Shown: positions 12,140 through 25,680 of the stretch, one piece after another | Layout: every line of letters begins with the position of its first letter | How positions within the stretch are numbered: position 1 is the first letter of the stretch | NCBI RefSeq assembly: GCF_009914755.1 | Contig: NC_060930.1 | Source of the DNA: the human T2T-CHM13v2.0 reference genome, Homo sapiens | Strand: one strand, 5' to 3' | DNA: 64,000 nt | Position numbers and translations under genes: made by a program | The notes under the pieces: generated by a model | Databases searched by the model: none | What the model saw: only the letters and a program-made list of their open reading frames with translations | What the model was told of the DNA's origin: nothing

Positions 12140-15100
12140 CTACGTTGGGCTAGATGTCATTTGAGGCACAGGAACTACAGAATTATCACATAAACAGATT
12201 ATGTTTCTGCCTTCTTAGAAGTTGACTTCTAGTGAGGGTAGAAGAGAAAGAGACAGACAATAAATATGTAAGAAAAACATATAATATCCAGGAGGTGATT
12301 ACATTTTGTGGCAATATTATAAAATCTGTGAATTCTATTAGTTCAAGAATACAGATTCTTTCTGTAAAAGTACACCAGACTGCCAAAATCCTATACTGTA
12401 ATTACAAAGTAATTCAAGCACGTTAAATTCATTCATTCAATAATTTAACTATTTTTCCATATATCTTAGATGCTGAAGGTATTGAAAGTAAAGATAAAAT
12501 AATTATTGCCTGAACATCACAGTCCAGTGAATAGCAAATTATGTAGGTGGAAAAACTGATAGTCTTCTACAAATATTATGGAGATGGATAATGCATGATC
12601 TTTGACAAAAAGATTCAAGAGATTCAAGCCATTTACAAAACAGTTTACTGCTGCCACCCTCTACCCTAGCCAAAAGCATAGAGTAGTGATAGTGACATTG
12701 CTGAGGAGACATGAACACCCATGGTACTGCATGTGTGGATGACAAGAATGTGACATTGACAGTGGACTGTATATATGCTGCTATATCACTTTCATTTCTT
12801 AGTAAAATTTCCTATGACTACAAAGATTACGTCTATAATCACAGAACAGTATTCTTTTAATGCTTATAGAGTAGAAAATTCGAAACTTAAGAAAATAAAA
12901 GTAACAACAAAATTACCCATAATTTTACCAACCCGAGGCAATCATTGTTAATACTTAATTCTTTTTCTTCTGGATAAATAAAAAATATAAATGCTTTCGA
13001 AGGGAACATATGACCTGATTGTATGGAGTAGAATATAGATACACAAGATGGTAATTTCTATGGAAATGTATTTGAATACTTCTCAGAGACTTAATTTGGG
13101 TCCATTATGTTGGAGTCACTTTTTATCTATCCAGTTTGGTTTCAATAACTCTAAACATGTAATAGCAAAATTTTGTTTCCAGCCATCTTCATTTTCCCGG
13201 TTTCCTCTTAACTAATTTTTTTCTACTTGGTCCAAAGGGATGCTTTTATTTGGTTTAAAGCAGAAGTGAAATGTTAACCAATTTCTAAAAGTGTCTGTCA
13301 AGAAGGTGACACCTTTAATGCTGACAGGTACAGAGTAATGACATGACTGACAAGATGTGAATGCTCATGGCACTGTGTATGAAGATGACAAGCAAGTGAC
13401 AGCAGCAGCAGGCTGTGTGCTGACCAGCACAGAGTGAGTTGGGCAGCCTCCAGCAACAAATAAGTCAGAAAGATCAGGATAAAATTGTCAAACATACAAA
13501 AAAAGGAATAGTTACTGATACATAGCAAGTAACGAATTGAACACAAGAGTTCCCCAGTTTCTTCACCACAATATGTAAAGGAAATGACAACTTGGTTGTG
13601 TTTTGTTTTTGTTTTCTCTCTTTCCAGACCTATTCTTCTCTATTTCACTTCTCAATGTCTTAGTTATCCTGTATTTGCTTTCATGTTTCTCTTCATGGTC
13701 TGTGGATGCCTCTTACCAAGCTGTAGACATGTTCACATGCCCTCCCCTCAAAGGTAAAGACCAAACCAGAGCAGAAATGAGTAAGATGAGTGCACAAGAC
13801 ACAATGAGAACATTTGCTAGAAGACGCAAAAGGAGGTTTGTTGTTCTCTTTCCTGCTTCTAGGTGAAAGGAAATATAATCGTATAATTTACACAAATCGC
13901 GACCCCACTTCCAGAACACATAAATTTTCAGTTTTCTGAGCCTAAACTGGGAATTTCTTTGATGGTCTTTGCCAAGTCCTGATGTACCTTCTGGAATGAT
14001 CTGACTTACCACATGTTGTCTATCATGAACGCTTCTCCCTCAAAAAAAAATTAATAATGTCTCTGTCAGCTTAAATTTTCTTAACAAGAACTGACTATAG
14101 CAGAAGATATTAATTAGGGACGTTTTGCATTACGCTAACCACAACATATTAGAATGCAATTCCACTAAGAATGGGGCTAGTTAAAAAATTGTTCTGCTGC
14201 AATGGGGCTGCTGAATTTAAGGTGACATGTTTTGTTTCTCCCAACAATGAGTGATACAAGTACTAAAAATGAATAGCAGTTACCTATAACTCTTGAGCAG
14301 AAATTGATGTGATCAAAAGCTGGATTTGCTCCTTGATGTTTAAGTCTCAAAGCTTTGCACTTACAACTATTTAAAGACGCTTTAGAAATTTATTGACATT
14401 TCTAACAGAAAACAATACCTTCATATTATCACATTATAGAACTTAGCCTTTTTCCTCTTTTTCTCATTGAAATAATTATTTTTTATAATGCAGTTTTTAA
14501 TAACTTGAGTTTTCCTGGGACTACTACAATTGAGTTGTATTAGAAGAGAGTGCCTATATTGATGGATAGTTAATTTCAAAGATTTAGAGATGCCTTTTAA
14601 ACAATATATCCCAAGCTTACTAAAAAGATTGAATATATTTACCCAATAGTGTTTGTGTTGATTCATTCCTCTGGCCTAAGCATCATCCTCTTTATGGTTC
14701 CATTTAACATGCAAAATAATCTCAGTTCTATACATTGATCTACTTACTCCTTGTCAGATTAATGTGCTTGTCATATTCCTTTTGTTGGACACTTAGTGCC
14801 AAGATGATGCAAAAGTAAAAGATATTCAATAGAAATCAGAGATTAAAATATTTGCTCCCTTGCTGTCCCTGCAAACAAACTTCCAAGGATTTCTAACTGA
14901 TGTTACTGAATGGCAAACATCACAAGTTTTAATTTAAATATAGTATTTTGTGGTGGAATTTGTTTATGCTATCATAATTATTATTTTATTTGGATAATAC
15001 CATAAGACATTAATTTACTAAAATAAAATAATTGATCTTCCCTTTATAATGTATGATTTTTATGCGGATTAGGTATATTTTAATCACATTTACATTATTT

Positions 15101-15560
15101 CTTTATGATTTGAGCACACTTCATTTTCTAGAAGGCATTTTCAATTTTCTGAGTGGCTCAGTGGACAAATATAGTTCAAAACCAGAATCTTACCATAAAG
15201 CCATTCTTTCACCGGCATATCTGAATTGCATGTTACAGGATAGACTAATGGTAAAAGAAGGAAAACATATAAAGATACAACAAAAAGCTGAAACATTTTG
15301 TATTTAATGAAGGCAAAAGTCTTTAGGAAACTAAAACTTTCACTAATGGGCTAGCTTATGTGTGCTTTTGTAGTGTACTGTATAAGGAGAAGCTTATAAA
15401 GTAACTATTGTTTCCATATCATGACAAAATGCTCATCTTTGCAGTTCTACTGACACTCCTCAGCGGGACTCTTAGGCCACCAAAAGAATAGTTCTCTGCC
15501 GCCATTAATATCTAATTGGCCCAGGAGCTAACCCAGAAGAGACCTTTCCTGCCAACGGTC

Positions 15561-15575
15561 ACCGCCCCCTGCAGT
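15561..15575 (-). promoter_or_regulatory. Candidate CTCF motif
   Basis: Minus strand ACTGCAGGGGGCGGT resembles the CTCF core CCAGCAGGGGGCGC; lies in a locally CpG-richer unique segment. Confidence 0.35.
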
Positions 15576-16452
15576 GATTTGCACCCACTGACACCAGAGT
15601 GGCTAATTCACCTTCACAACCTGTCAGCTTCCACTCAGATCACTTTAACTCTGCTTCCTTTGTGACACGGATCTGCTTTTAAAATGGTGATAATCTAAGA
15701 AGCAGTCCTCTTGAGAGTCAGTTGTGATTATATAATCTGTCACAGACCCGAAGGAGTTATAAATACAGGCGGACACTGAGATTTCACCAGGGATAAGGCA
15801 TTGGAAGCCCTTATATCAAATAACTTCCTTGCTTCCCTCTTAGAAGAAATTCTGTATTTTTATTCATGGACAAAAGCATACCATGAGGGCGGCATCGTTA
15901 TCAAAAGAGAGTAGGGGAGCTCTTAGCCATTAGCCAAACATAATTTTCCGAGTTATCCTCTCTGATCTTAGGTGCTGAAATCAAAAGCACACACTTTGGA
16001 GTAAATGGTAATTGGAGCACTAAGTGATTTGAACGATGATAATTGGTGTGTCATTGCCCAATACAAGCAAAAGAGAATACACAAACAGAAATAATTCTGT
16101 CCTACTCCACACAAATTTCACATACATTAAGCAATGAACCTACAATTACCCATGATACTGGAGCCCCTGGCACCTCAATTACTCATGGTTCGTTCATCAG
16201 CAGCTCCAATTTTTACTTTAAGCTCACAGTTAACTTTCTCACAATTTTTAAAATGTAAGTTCTTTATACCAGCAGATCTGTGTATGTAATTTGGTAAGGA
16301 AACAGTAATCTTGGCTTAAAGCCAATCACCATCTTGTGCTAGCCTGAAACCAATCATGCTGAAAACTGATTCTCACCTTGTCTTACACAGGAACTACTGA
16401 CATAAAGTATATTCATATACACCTACCTGCACACTCATCCATGGAGTGGCAC

Positions 16453-17834
16453 TGAGAGGTGACAGCGTGCTGGCCGTCCTCGTAGCCGTCGCTTGCTCTC
16501 GGCGCCTCCTCTGCCTGGGCTCCCACTTTGGCGGCACCTGAGGAGACCTTCAGCCCACCGCTGCACTGTGGGAGCCCCTTTCTGGGGTGGCCAAGGCCGG
16601 AGCTGGCTCCCTCAGCTTGCAGAGAGGTGTGGAGGGAGAGGCGCGAGTGGGAACCGGGGCTGCGCGCAGCGCTTGCGGGCCAGCTGGAGTTCCGGGTGGG
16701 CGTGGGCTTGGCCGGCCCGCACTCCCAGCGGGTGCAGGCCCCGCCGCCCGGGCAGTGAGGGGCTTAGCACCTGGGTCAGCAGCTGCTGTGCTCAATTTCT
16801 CGCCGGGCCTTAGCTGCCTTCCCGCGGGGCAGGGCTCGGGACCTGCAGCCCACCATGCCTGAGCCTCCCCCTCCATGGGCTCCTGTGCGGCCCAAGCCTC
16901 CCCTTCGAGCGCCGCCCCCTGCTCCCAGTCCCATTGACCACCCAACGGCTGAGGAGTCCAGGCGCACAGCGCAGGACTGGCAGGCAGCTCCACCTGCGGC
17001 CCCAGTGCAGGATCCACTGAGTGAAGCCAGCTGGGTTCCTGACTCTGGTGGGGACTTGGAGAATCTTTATGTCTAGCTAGGGGATTGTCAATACACCAAT
17101 CTGCACTCTGTATCTAGCTCAAGGTTTGTAAACACACCAATCAGCACCCTGCGTCTAGCTCAGGGTTTGTGAATGCACCAATGGACACTGTATCTAGCTG
17201 CTCTGGTGGGGACTTGGAGAACCTTTGTGTCCACACTCTGTATCTAGCTAATCTAGTGGGGACGTGGAGAACTTTTCTGTCTAGCTCAGGGATTGTAAAT
17301 GCACCAATCAGCGCCCTGTCAAAACAGACCACTGGGTTCTCGGTAAAATGGACCAATCAGCAGGATGTGGGTGGGGCCAGATAAGAGAATAAAAGCAGAC
17401 TGCCCCAGCCAGCAGTGGCAACCCGGTCCATCCCCTTCCATACTGTGCAAGCTTTGTTCTTTCGCTCTTTGCAATAAATCTTGCTGCTGCTCACTCTTTG
17501 GGTCCACACTGCCTTTATGAGCTGTAACACGCACTGGGAAGGTCTGCAGCTTCACTCCTGAAACCAGCGAGACCACGAACCCACCGGGAGGAACAAACAA
17601 CTCCAGACGCGCTGCCTTAACAGCTGTAACACTCACCGTGAAGCTCTGCAGCTTCACTCCTGAGCCAGCGAGACCACGAACCCACCAGAAGGAAGAAACT
17701 CCAAACACATTGGAGCATCAGAAGGAACAAACTCTGGACTGGACACGCCGCCTTTAAGAACTGTAACACTCACCGCGAGGGTCTGCGGCTTCATTCTTGA
17801 AGTCAGTGAGACCGACCCACGAATTCCGGACACA
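16453..17834 (+). mobile_element. Solo ERV9 LTR (LTR12C-type)
   Basis: TGAGAGGTGACAGCGTGCTGG start, GC/CpG-rich U3, ~40-bp CCAAT subrepeats, U5 repeats, end GAATTCCGGACACA. 4-bp TSD GCAC at 16449-16452 and 17835-17838. Confidence 0.96.
17340..17480 (+). promoter_or_regulatory. LTR12 core promoter and R-region poly(A) signal
   Basis: CCAAT 17353-17357, GGGTGGGG box, GATA (AGATAA), AATAAA TATA-like box 17388-17393, second AATAAA 17473-17478; this is the known ERV9 LTR layout. Confidence 0.75.
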
Positions 17835-18039
17835 GCACATCCCCCATGCAGGCATCAATCCATACATACAGATAGAGTGTTGATAGAATAGTGCCTCCCG
17901 CAGCCAGGCCTTAATCGCAGATAGACATACACATTCATGGACACACATTGCCGCATGTTGATACTTGCAGAGGTATTCATACATGTGCAACCACACCTGT
18001 CTTCATTCAATAGGACAAGAATAGCACTTCCTTAAATCT

Positions 18040-18292
18040 CTTCCATGGGCCACTGCTCCCATGAAATATTTAAAGCCAAAGAAATGTCCAGTGGATACTA
18101 TTCCCACGAGCAAATATACTAGGGAATACTGTGCAATAATCCCCACTTCTTAGAGTTTCTCAGTGTGCATTAGCCAGCCCTTCATTAAAGCAACACATGT
18201 TAATTAGTATCACTCCATATTTCCCACGTTTATTTATTCTTTTCTTCTACTCCTTCTATTCCTGAAACACTTTTGGATACGTGAAAAATGCT
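18040..18292. mobile_element. Old hAT-Charlie MITE relic (MER112/MER113-like)
   Basis: CTTCTTAGAGTTTCTCAGTGTGCATTAGC ... ATTTCCCACGTTTATTT ... GAAACACTTTTGGATACGTG resembles this family. Confidence 0.35.
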
Positions 18293-19711
18293 AAATCACA
18301 GGTTTTATAGCCATTACGGACTAAGATGAATAAGTGGAACAAAAGCAGAAGAAAGGAAAGAAATATATTCTAGCTATTCATAGACTGTGAAGTATGGACA
18401 GAATAACTCAAGAAAACAAAGTATCTATCATGAAAACAGTATGAAATCTGCTTAAAACACATTTAAGTCAAGCAATTTTTAAAGTTATTTATTTTAAAAA
18501 TCTTGTTCCTATAACCAGAAGCTCTGTGTCAAAAAGTAGTTTGTTTCTGAAAACAGTCAGTGACTAAGATTATTGCAAAGAACTTAAATTTCAATGTATG
18601 TGAACTCCAGTGACAGTGAAGTTAAAAAAAGAAAACAAAGAGTGGGAAGATATTTCTCTCTTCAAAAAAGGAAGAAAGAAAGAAAACTTGCAGTGAAAAT
18701 TCTGAGAGGTAGGTAGAGTTTCTTTGAAATGAAGTATCAATTTTGTTTCTAGTTTCATGGCAAAAAAATAAAGTGAGTCTAAGAAAGTGTTTCCAGCAAA
18801 GCAGTAACCACAACCTTCTTACTCACCCATATGCCTGACTCATGTGGCTGAAGGATGAGTGTCATCACAGTGAGACATGATCTAAGGACATTCACAAATA
18901 TAGGTCACACATACACCAGAAGATTTTAATAAGTAAGCAATTGAGAGAGAGAAAAGCCCAACATGTGTCTCTTTGAAACCATAAATGGAGAAGAGGGAGA
19001 GGACCAGAATTCATTAAGGACCAGTAAGGGTTGGAGAGAAGGTATCAAACTAGACAAAGACTGCTGTTTTCATTAACTTCTTTCACAGCATTATTCAAAG
19101 ACATATTATCTTTAAAGTGTTTGGCTGTACTTCCATTTTGATAAATTTAAAAAGAGAGTTCTACTTTTTATTGTGAAAGCTAAAAATGGAAAAAATGATC
19201 AGTCAGGAATTCAGATTAAAACACATTTCTTATCAATCAGATGGCCCCAAGCATCAGGTGTCATCTGTGGTCCCACTCACTTATCACAGGTTCAGCCCTT
19301 GTGGGTTAATTAGGCAAACTTGCACACATGGAGTAATAAAAAAAAATCACAGGGTGAAAAAATGACCGTAGTATCCTTTGAGGCATTTCTCCATTTTCTA
19401 CTGATAAGATCTTGATCATTATCCTTTGCACAGACCACTGAGCTACGGGCTGTCCACCAAGAATACACTGAATGATGAGGTCAGATTATTCTACACAGGC
19501 ATGCTTCATGTTGCAGATATAATATTGAATCTTTCCAGCAACACAATATGTGGCCTTTTCCCATAGGCTATGAGTTTATCCTTCTATAAAAAGAGCATAA
19601 TGCCTGGCCATCTGAATAGCTCACTTTGCTTCTTTGATTTTAATCAGTACTGTATATTTACCTAATTCCAGAGGCATTAATGGACTCACGTATAACATTG
19701 TTAGTGGCAAA

Positions 19712-19840
19712 GAGCAGGTCCATATAATTTGTTGCCCAAACTGAGATACTTCTGAGAGTGAAAGAGGAACTAGTAAGATTCTTGGGCAATGGGTGTAAAA
19801 TGAGATTTTCCTGGACAGTTGGGGATGTATGGTGGCCTAT
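19712..19840 (+). mobile_element. MER94 (hAT-Blackjack) relic
   Basis: CCATATAATTTGTTGCCCAAACTGAGATACTTCTGAGAGTGAAAGAGG ... GGGGATGTATGGTGGCCTA. Confidence 0.65.
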
Positions 19841-20697
19841 AAAGAGGGGACTGAATCCCAGACCCTAACATTGTCTCGTACTTACAAAAATAACATGCGG
19901 AATTTCAGATCAAAAAAAGCCAGTTAAAACTTCTATTCTGGATAGTTCTGGCATTCCCCTCACTTCCTTTCTTTACCTGTTCCTTTACCTATTCCTGTAC
20001 TGTCTGGCTATGATCTTATATTTAGACACTATACTTCATCCAAGTGAATCTTCCAATATTTTACTGAGTTTTAGTTAAAATCTCCATATAGTCAATTTAA
20101 AGTTCAAAGGGAGCATGATAAAAAATTCTAGTAACAAACATGTTTTCAAAAGATGTCATAAGGTCAAAGAATGGCTTTTTTCTCTGCTCGGGCTTTTTAA
20201 AAAAGAGAAGCCACGATGTTCTGTTTTTAGAGCTATTTGGATTTCTATTCTAAAAATAAAAAATAAAAGACACCACATTGAGAACATGTAAAAAATGAAA
20301 GAAAAATTCAGGAGATTTACACCAAAGAAACTAAACCCAGGGCTGTGATCATCACAGGCTCTGTGTAAGCCACAGCAGAGCGGGCGACAAGCCCAAAGGG
20401 ACATGGAAGAAACATGAATATAGTCGGCACTGTGAGTTAATGATGTTATTTATTGGCTCTTGTGCAGGGGTCAGGTACTTGGGTTTAAGGTCATGGACTT
20501 CAGATAATTTATTTTGAAAGTTCAATCCTAAGTCTGGGACAATTGCCTTTATTGTGTGATTTGGCATGTTCTAAAAATCTTCCCCACTGGAAAATACATC
20601 TGACTGAGTCTGTCATGGAACCTGACAATCTGGTATTATAGTACTATGTTCCCTAGGCAATCTGGAACCTGGTCCTATATTCCCTGACATCTTCTAT

Positions 20698-20890
20698 AAC
20701 GGTGGTTGTTGCTTGTCTGGGTCACAGACCTCTTTTGAGAATCTGATAAAAGACATAGATCCTCTCCATAACCCCACCACCAAAAAAATGCATAGGTGAC
20801 ATTCACAGAATACTGTGAATACTTTTAGGAATTTTGGGGAATTTCCTCACTGTTCATCAATTTTACCCACAGGTAAGTTAAAACTGCTGC
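20698..20890 (-). mobile_element. Charlie4z-like hAT MITE
   Basis: GGGTCACAGACCTCTTTTGAGAATCTGATAAAAG...GATCCTCTCC...AAAAATGCATA. Confidence 0.6.
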
Positions 20891-21289
20891 TCTTTTAGGA
20901 CATCAGAAGAAACGTGTTTTTTTCTAATGGTCTTAGATATGTTGCCAACTGAGGGCAACATGTTCACAAACTAATTCTTTTAGGGCAATATATGTTAAAC
21001 TATTATGGTATATTTTTGCCTGATAATTAGTAGAATCTTCAAGAATTAAGACACATGACTTAGAAATGTGAACAGTAATAAAACTAAGAAAGTCTGCATT
21101 TATAGATAATCCATATCTTTTCTGTATTCAACTATGTTTCATTAAGTATTAACTATGTTTCAGATATTCTGATATGCCCTGAGAATAAAATGAAGAATAA
21201 GTTAAAGACAATAATTCTAACACATCAGCTAATGCTTATAATAAAATGGTGAGGGTTTGCAGGGAGATAATTGACCAAAAACAATGATA

Positions 21290-21500
21290 AACATATATTA
21301 AGAACTTGCTAAATGCCAGGCTGCGTGATCCGTCTATATTTACAGCCAAATGCAGTAAATATTTTTTAATTAAAAATTATTTTACAATGAAGATACTCTA
21401 GCACAGACAGCCTGAGCGACTTGCCAAGGTCACTCAGCTGGAGAAGTGACAGAGGAAGGAAATGAGGCCAGGGCTGTATGTCATAGAGGCTCTAATTCTA
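21290..21500 (-). mobile_element. MIR SINE
   Basis: GACTTGCCAAGGTCACTCAGCTGGAGAAGTGACAGAG core. Confidence 0.65.
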
Positions 21501-21929
21501 CTTTTGCATTATCTAGAATTGTTCTTTATAAACTAAATCTAGAAGGCATGTGCATTGTGAATAAAAGAGGGAGATTTGGGCAAGGGAGTGATGGGGAAGA
21601 CTAGTTACAGGCAGTTGTCGGAGATACTGAACTTGAACTCAATCTTGACAAAGCTGGGCAGGAAGAAGTATATTTAAGAGATTGAACTTAGTAATTAGTC
21701 AAAAGAGGTCAAGGGTAAATAAAACTCAGGAGTGACTCACAGGTTTCTGACTTGAGTGGCTTAGAAAATGAAGGTGTCTGAGATGAAATACGAAAGAGAA
21801 GCAGCTTGGAGGAAGGAAAGAAATGTGACTATTATCCAGTCAAGATTCTTGAGTTGACAGTGCCTATAGCACACCTAGTAGACCACTGAATATATTGATC
21901 TAGGGTTCAAGAAAGGTTTTTAATTAGTA

Positions 21930-22958
21930 CAGGACTTTTTAAAGTGTGGTGCACAGACCGGGAGTATTCCCTGATACCCTTTTGAGAAACTCATGAGGTC
22001 AAAACTATTTAAATAACATCACTAAGACGTGAACATATTTGCCTTTTTTTGTTCTGTTGGTATTTGCACTGACGATGTGAAAACAATGGTGGATAATACT
22101 ACTGGTGCCTTAGCACACGTATAGGCAGTAGCATCTACTACTGGGAGCCTGGCAGCTTTCAAACACTTTAAGGCTTTCCTGAGAAGATAGGCGATGATGT
22201 TTCAAATGTGATTGGTTGGTTTGTTTTGATGTTGTATAATAAAAACTATCAACATTTGGAAAATGTGTAACCCAAGAAATCAATATTTTTCCAAATAACA
22301 AATACGCGATGTTGTAATATCATGCCTGGGTAAAAGATCCATTCAAAGTGCAAGGTAGACCAGTGGATTTTAATGCAATAAAGTATGAGAAGTTATTTAC
22401 TACAGTTTTGGATTCTACCTTGCAATTGCTTTTTTTGAAACTACCTCATTGATATTTGGTATAGTATCAAAGAAGAATATTCATAGTCACATGAAAAGAC
22501 TAATACACCTCTCTTACCAACTATATATCTGTGTGAGGCCAAATTGTCTTTATATACTTCAACCAAAACAGAATATCACAACAGATTGAATGCAGAGGCA
22601 GATGAGAATCTACCTGTCTTCTATAAAGCCAGGCATAAGAGAGTTGCAAAAATGCAAAACAGTGTCATTTTTGTCACTAATTTTTTTAGTTTGGGAACAT
22701 AGTTATTTTTCATTAAAAACATATTACTTATGTTAGTAGGTAATATTAGTACTTTTACATTGGTAAGTAATGGATCTATTACTTTAATGGATAAGTAGTG
22801 GATCTTTTAAATTAATTAGTAAATGTTCTAGAACCTTTCTATATTTAATGCAATAAGTATCAATAGATATGACCACATAATTAAAAACTCTTGATGTGTT
22901 CTCAATAGTTTTTAGAAGTGTAAAGAGTTACTAAGAAAAAAATATTTGAGAATCACTG
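21930..22958 (+). mobile_element. Charlie1a-like hAT DNA transposon (internally deleted), nested in an L2
   Basis: CAG...CTG termini with degenerate 8-bp TSD AATTAGTA/AACTGGTA. Transposase C-terminal remnants (GGTAAAAGATCCATTCAAAGTGCAAG; TATCTGTGTGAGGCC; CAACAGATTGAATGCAGAGGCAGAT). Confidence 0.8.
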
Positions 22959-24260
22959 AACTGGTATATTGAATTGGTATATATAAGACTAATCAGAATA
23001 TATATGGTAACTAAAGCCATAGACAAGAGAGAACATTATTTTAAGTAATCTTCAATAAGAAGTTAATTAAAACTATTACTAACCTGTGAGTGGTAATAGT
23101 TAAGAGGATTTAAGAGAAAGGAATTATAAAAGAGAGTTCCTTGAAAGCCAGGGAAGATAGGAAAATTCTAAACACTTGAAACTAACTGAAGGGATAATTG
23201 AGGGACATCAATTTCACTATTTTCTCTAAGGTCAAACTTGGTATTTAATAGATGTCTCTTCATGGTGAAAGTAGGAACAAGCAAAGGCATGCACCTGAAC
23301 AGCTTGATTCAAATGGCCACATTCCAGGCCAATTAAATACTTCTGAGTTTCTTAAATAAAATGTACAATAACCAATCAGAAAGACTGTGCCATTAATTAA
23401 TTTGCTATGACAGCTCAAGCCAAGAAATGGACAATACGGAAATGGAACATTAGAAAATTTAATTGATAAAGAATTTGAAAATAACCTTTATAAACAAAGG
23501 TAAAAGAACTTGGATTATTTTTTAATGACAGTCTTTCAACATTAAGAAGGACACCACTGATTTGATTTTATTTGAAAACCTAATGAAAAGATGCATGCTA
23601 AAATATTTAAAAGGGCTCAGGCTAGCAACTACAAAATTGTATTGACACGCTGAAATATTATAAAGTTAACAACCCCCAAAGATCAAAAGAATAACAAACC
23701 AGCATCTTAAATGTGAACATTTAAAGAGCAAATGGTAATGCTTGTAGGTATCTTGGAGTCCTGTGGGTGTTGATCTGATTTTACACTGTGGTTCATCTAG
23801 ATTGGAATGTTTAGCCCAATCTCATATTCAGGGGTAATGGCAAGTAAAACCCAGTAAAGCTAAGGGAAATGTTTTGTCCCATGAATCTTCCGGTTAAAAA
23901 AACACACTAATCTGTGTGACCAAAAGCAGCACTATAGGTCTTCACTTTATTGAATGCTGGAAAAAAATAATATTTCTGCTAAAGGCAGTAATCTTTAGGT
24001 CATTGTGGAGTTTTGTTTTAAGGTGTACTTATGTGTGCCTGTTTGTGAGCAACGATTTATGTTGTGTTTATCAAATTTATATACATACATATTCTTTCTT
24101 TCTTTTTATCCATTTGGACACATAGAACCTTAGGAATCTGTGAAGCATCACTGCTTTCTCCCTTACCCACTAGACAATCCACATTATCCACTCAAGATGC
24201 AAAATTGCCAGGAAACAAACCCTCTGTGGGAGCAGGTCATTTCATACCATAATAGCTCAA

Positions 24261-24277
24261 TGACACCCTCTAGTGGG
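24261..24277 (-). promoter_or_regulatory. Candidate CTCF motif
   Basis: Minus strand CCCACTAGAGGGTGTCA versus core CCACTAGAGGGCGC. Confidence 0.35.
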
Positions 24278-25429
24278 TAGTCTCCATGCTGTAATTTTGA
24301 GGAGGAAAAAATTGCTCTTAGTTTCCACTTTATCCTCAATTATAATATATGGCATTTTGAGAATTTGCACATTTCATAAGAAAAACATAACTTAATGGTT
24401 AATATGTTCTCAATGAAGACTGAATTAAAAAGCAGAAATTGAGTATCTAAGATGAACTTAGAATCATAAAAAATATACAAAAGCAAACTGACCTCAGAAT
24501 GGCAAAAGAAGACTCCTCCTCAGCTGTAACGACCCACTCAGAGTCCCCAGAGATGGTTTTGACAATACAACTTGACTGCCATGACCAGAAGTATCCCTCC
24601 TGCAGAGACACATTTAAAGTAAAAGCAAGGAAAAGTTTGTTATAAACACCGCTAAATCAAAAAGGCTGCATAAGAAAGAGAAAGAATAAAAGGAAGATAT
24701 CTTTCCTTTGTCAATACATCTTTGCTACAGCAAAAATTCCAGATGAGTTTTCTTTGGTCGGTAGATTAGAGAATACACCAACAAGCTAAAAAGAAATAAG
24801 GGTCTATAAATAGTTCTATCTCAGATAGAGGATTGAAGGCCATTTGTGAACATGTTCCTACACAATTTGCGACATGATCCATGAGCAAGTCCAATATTAT
24901 GCCATCATTGTGGGAGTCAATGGGTTAAGACCCAGAACTTAATTGTCTATAGTTTGGGCCATTGAAAAACTTAACGCAGATATTTAGCAAAGCGTTCTGG
25001 AGCAGCGCAGACCACACTCTCAGAACGAGATTTCTCTGGGGCACACTGTGCAGGATCCCACAGGACCAGCTACAAAGCTATCAGCATGAATGAAGCATTA
25101 TCGGCAGCCCCTTCCCAAGTAAAAACTGCAGATTAATATCAAAACCCACTGCATGTCTGTTCATTTTAAATGTCTGTCGTCATTTCTACTTTTCTTAGTG
25201 AATATAGGTTCAGGATTTCAAAACTATTTTTTTGTAAATTGGTCAACTTAATACAAATAGATGTCTGAATTACCAAAACCGGATTTGACTCTTCAATATC
25301 AATTTTCTCGTTCCCAAGAAGGAAACAATTTTTGCATCCCTTTTACTGAGTTTTATTTTAACCTGGATGTGTTTCATAATATATTTCATATTCCAGATTA
25401 GTGGGCAGAAGTTCTGCCCACTGTTAGTG

Positions 25430-25680
25430 CAGTGCAGTTTAGCATGAGAGGCAACTGGTTATTCCTCTTGAGTCAGAAGACTTGATTTAGAGGTTTGGAT
25501 CATAACTCTGCAAATGACAAGTTGTGTGGCGTTGATGGAGTAAAAAAAAATCATCCTTGATGCTGTTTCCTTGGCTGAAAAATATAGGGGAAATAATCCG
25601 TGATTGTTTTACCTCAGAGTGTACTAAAGGATTTACAAGATCACTTACTTATGCAAAAGCACCAAGTGTATAGTACCCAA
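25430..25680 (+). mobile_element. MIR SINE (degenerate)
   Basis: GAGTCAGAAGACTTG...TGTTTCCTTGGCTGAAAAAT...TACCTCAGAGTG...ATGCAAAAGCAC. Confidence 0.55.

Noticed and set aside
17040-17360. Regularly spaced ~40-bp repeats that look CRISPR-like (also 55030-55500)
   Set aside because: These are ERV9 U3 subrepeats without unique spacers, in a eukaryotic context with no cas genes.
16493-17708. Dense overlapping ORFs (60-155 aa) at the left LTR, mirrored at 54673-56136 (up to 187 aa)
   Set aside because: GC-rich LTR12 sequence is stop-poor; the same pseudo-peptides appear in both LTR copies.
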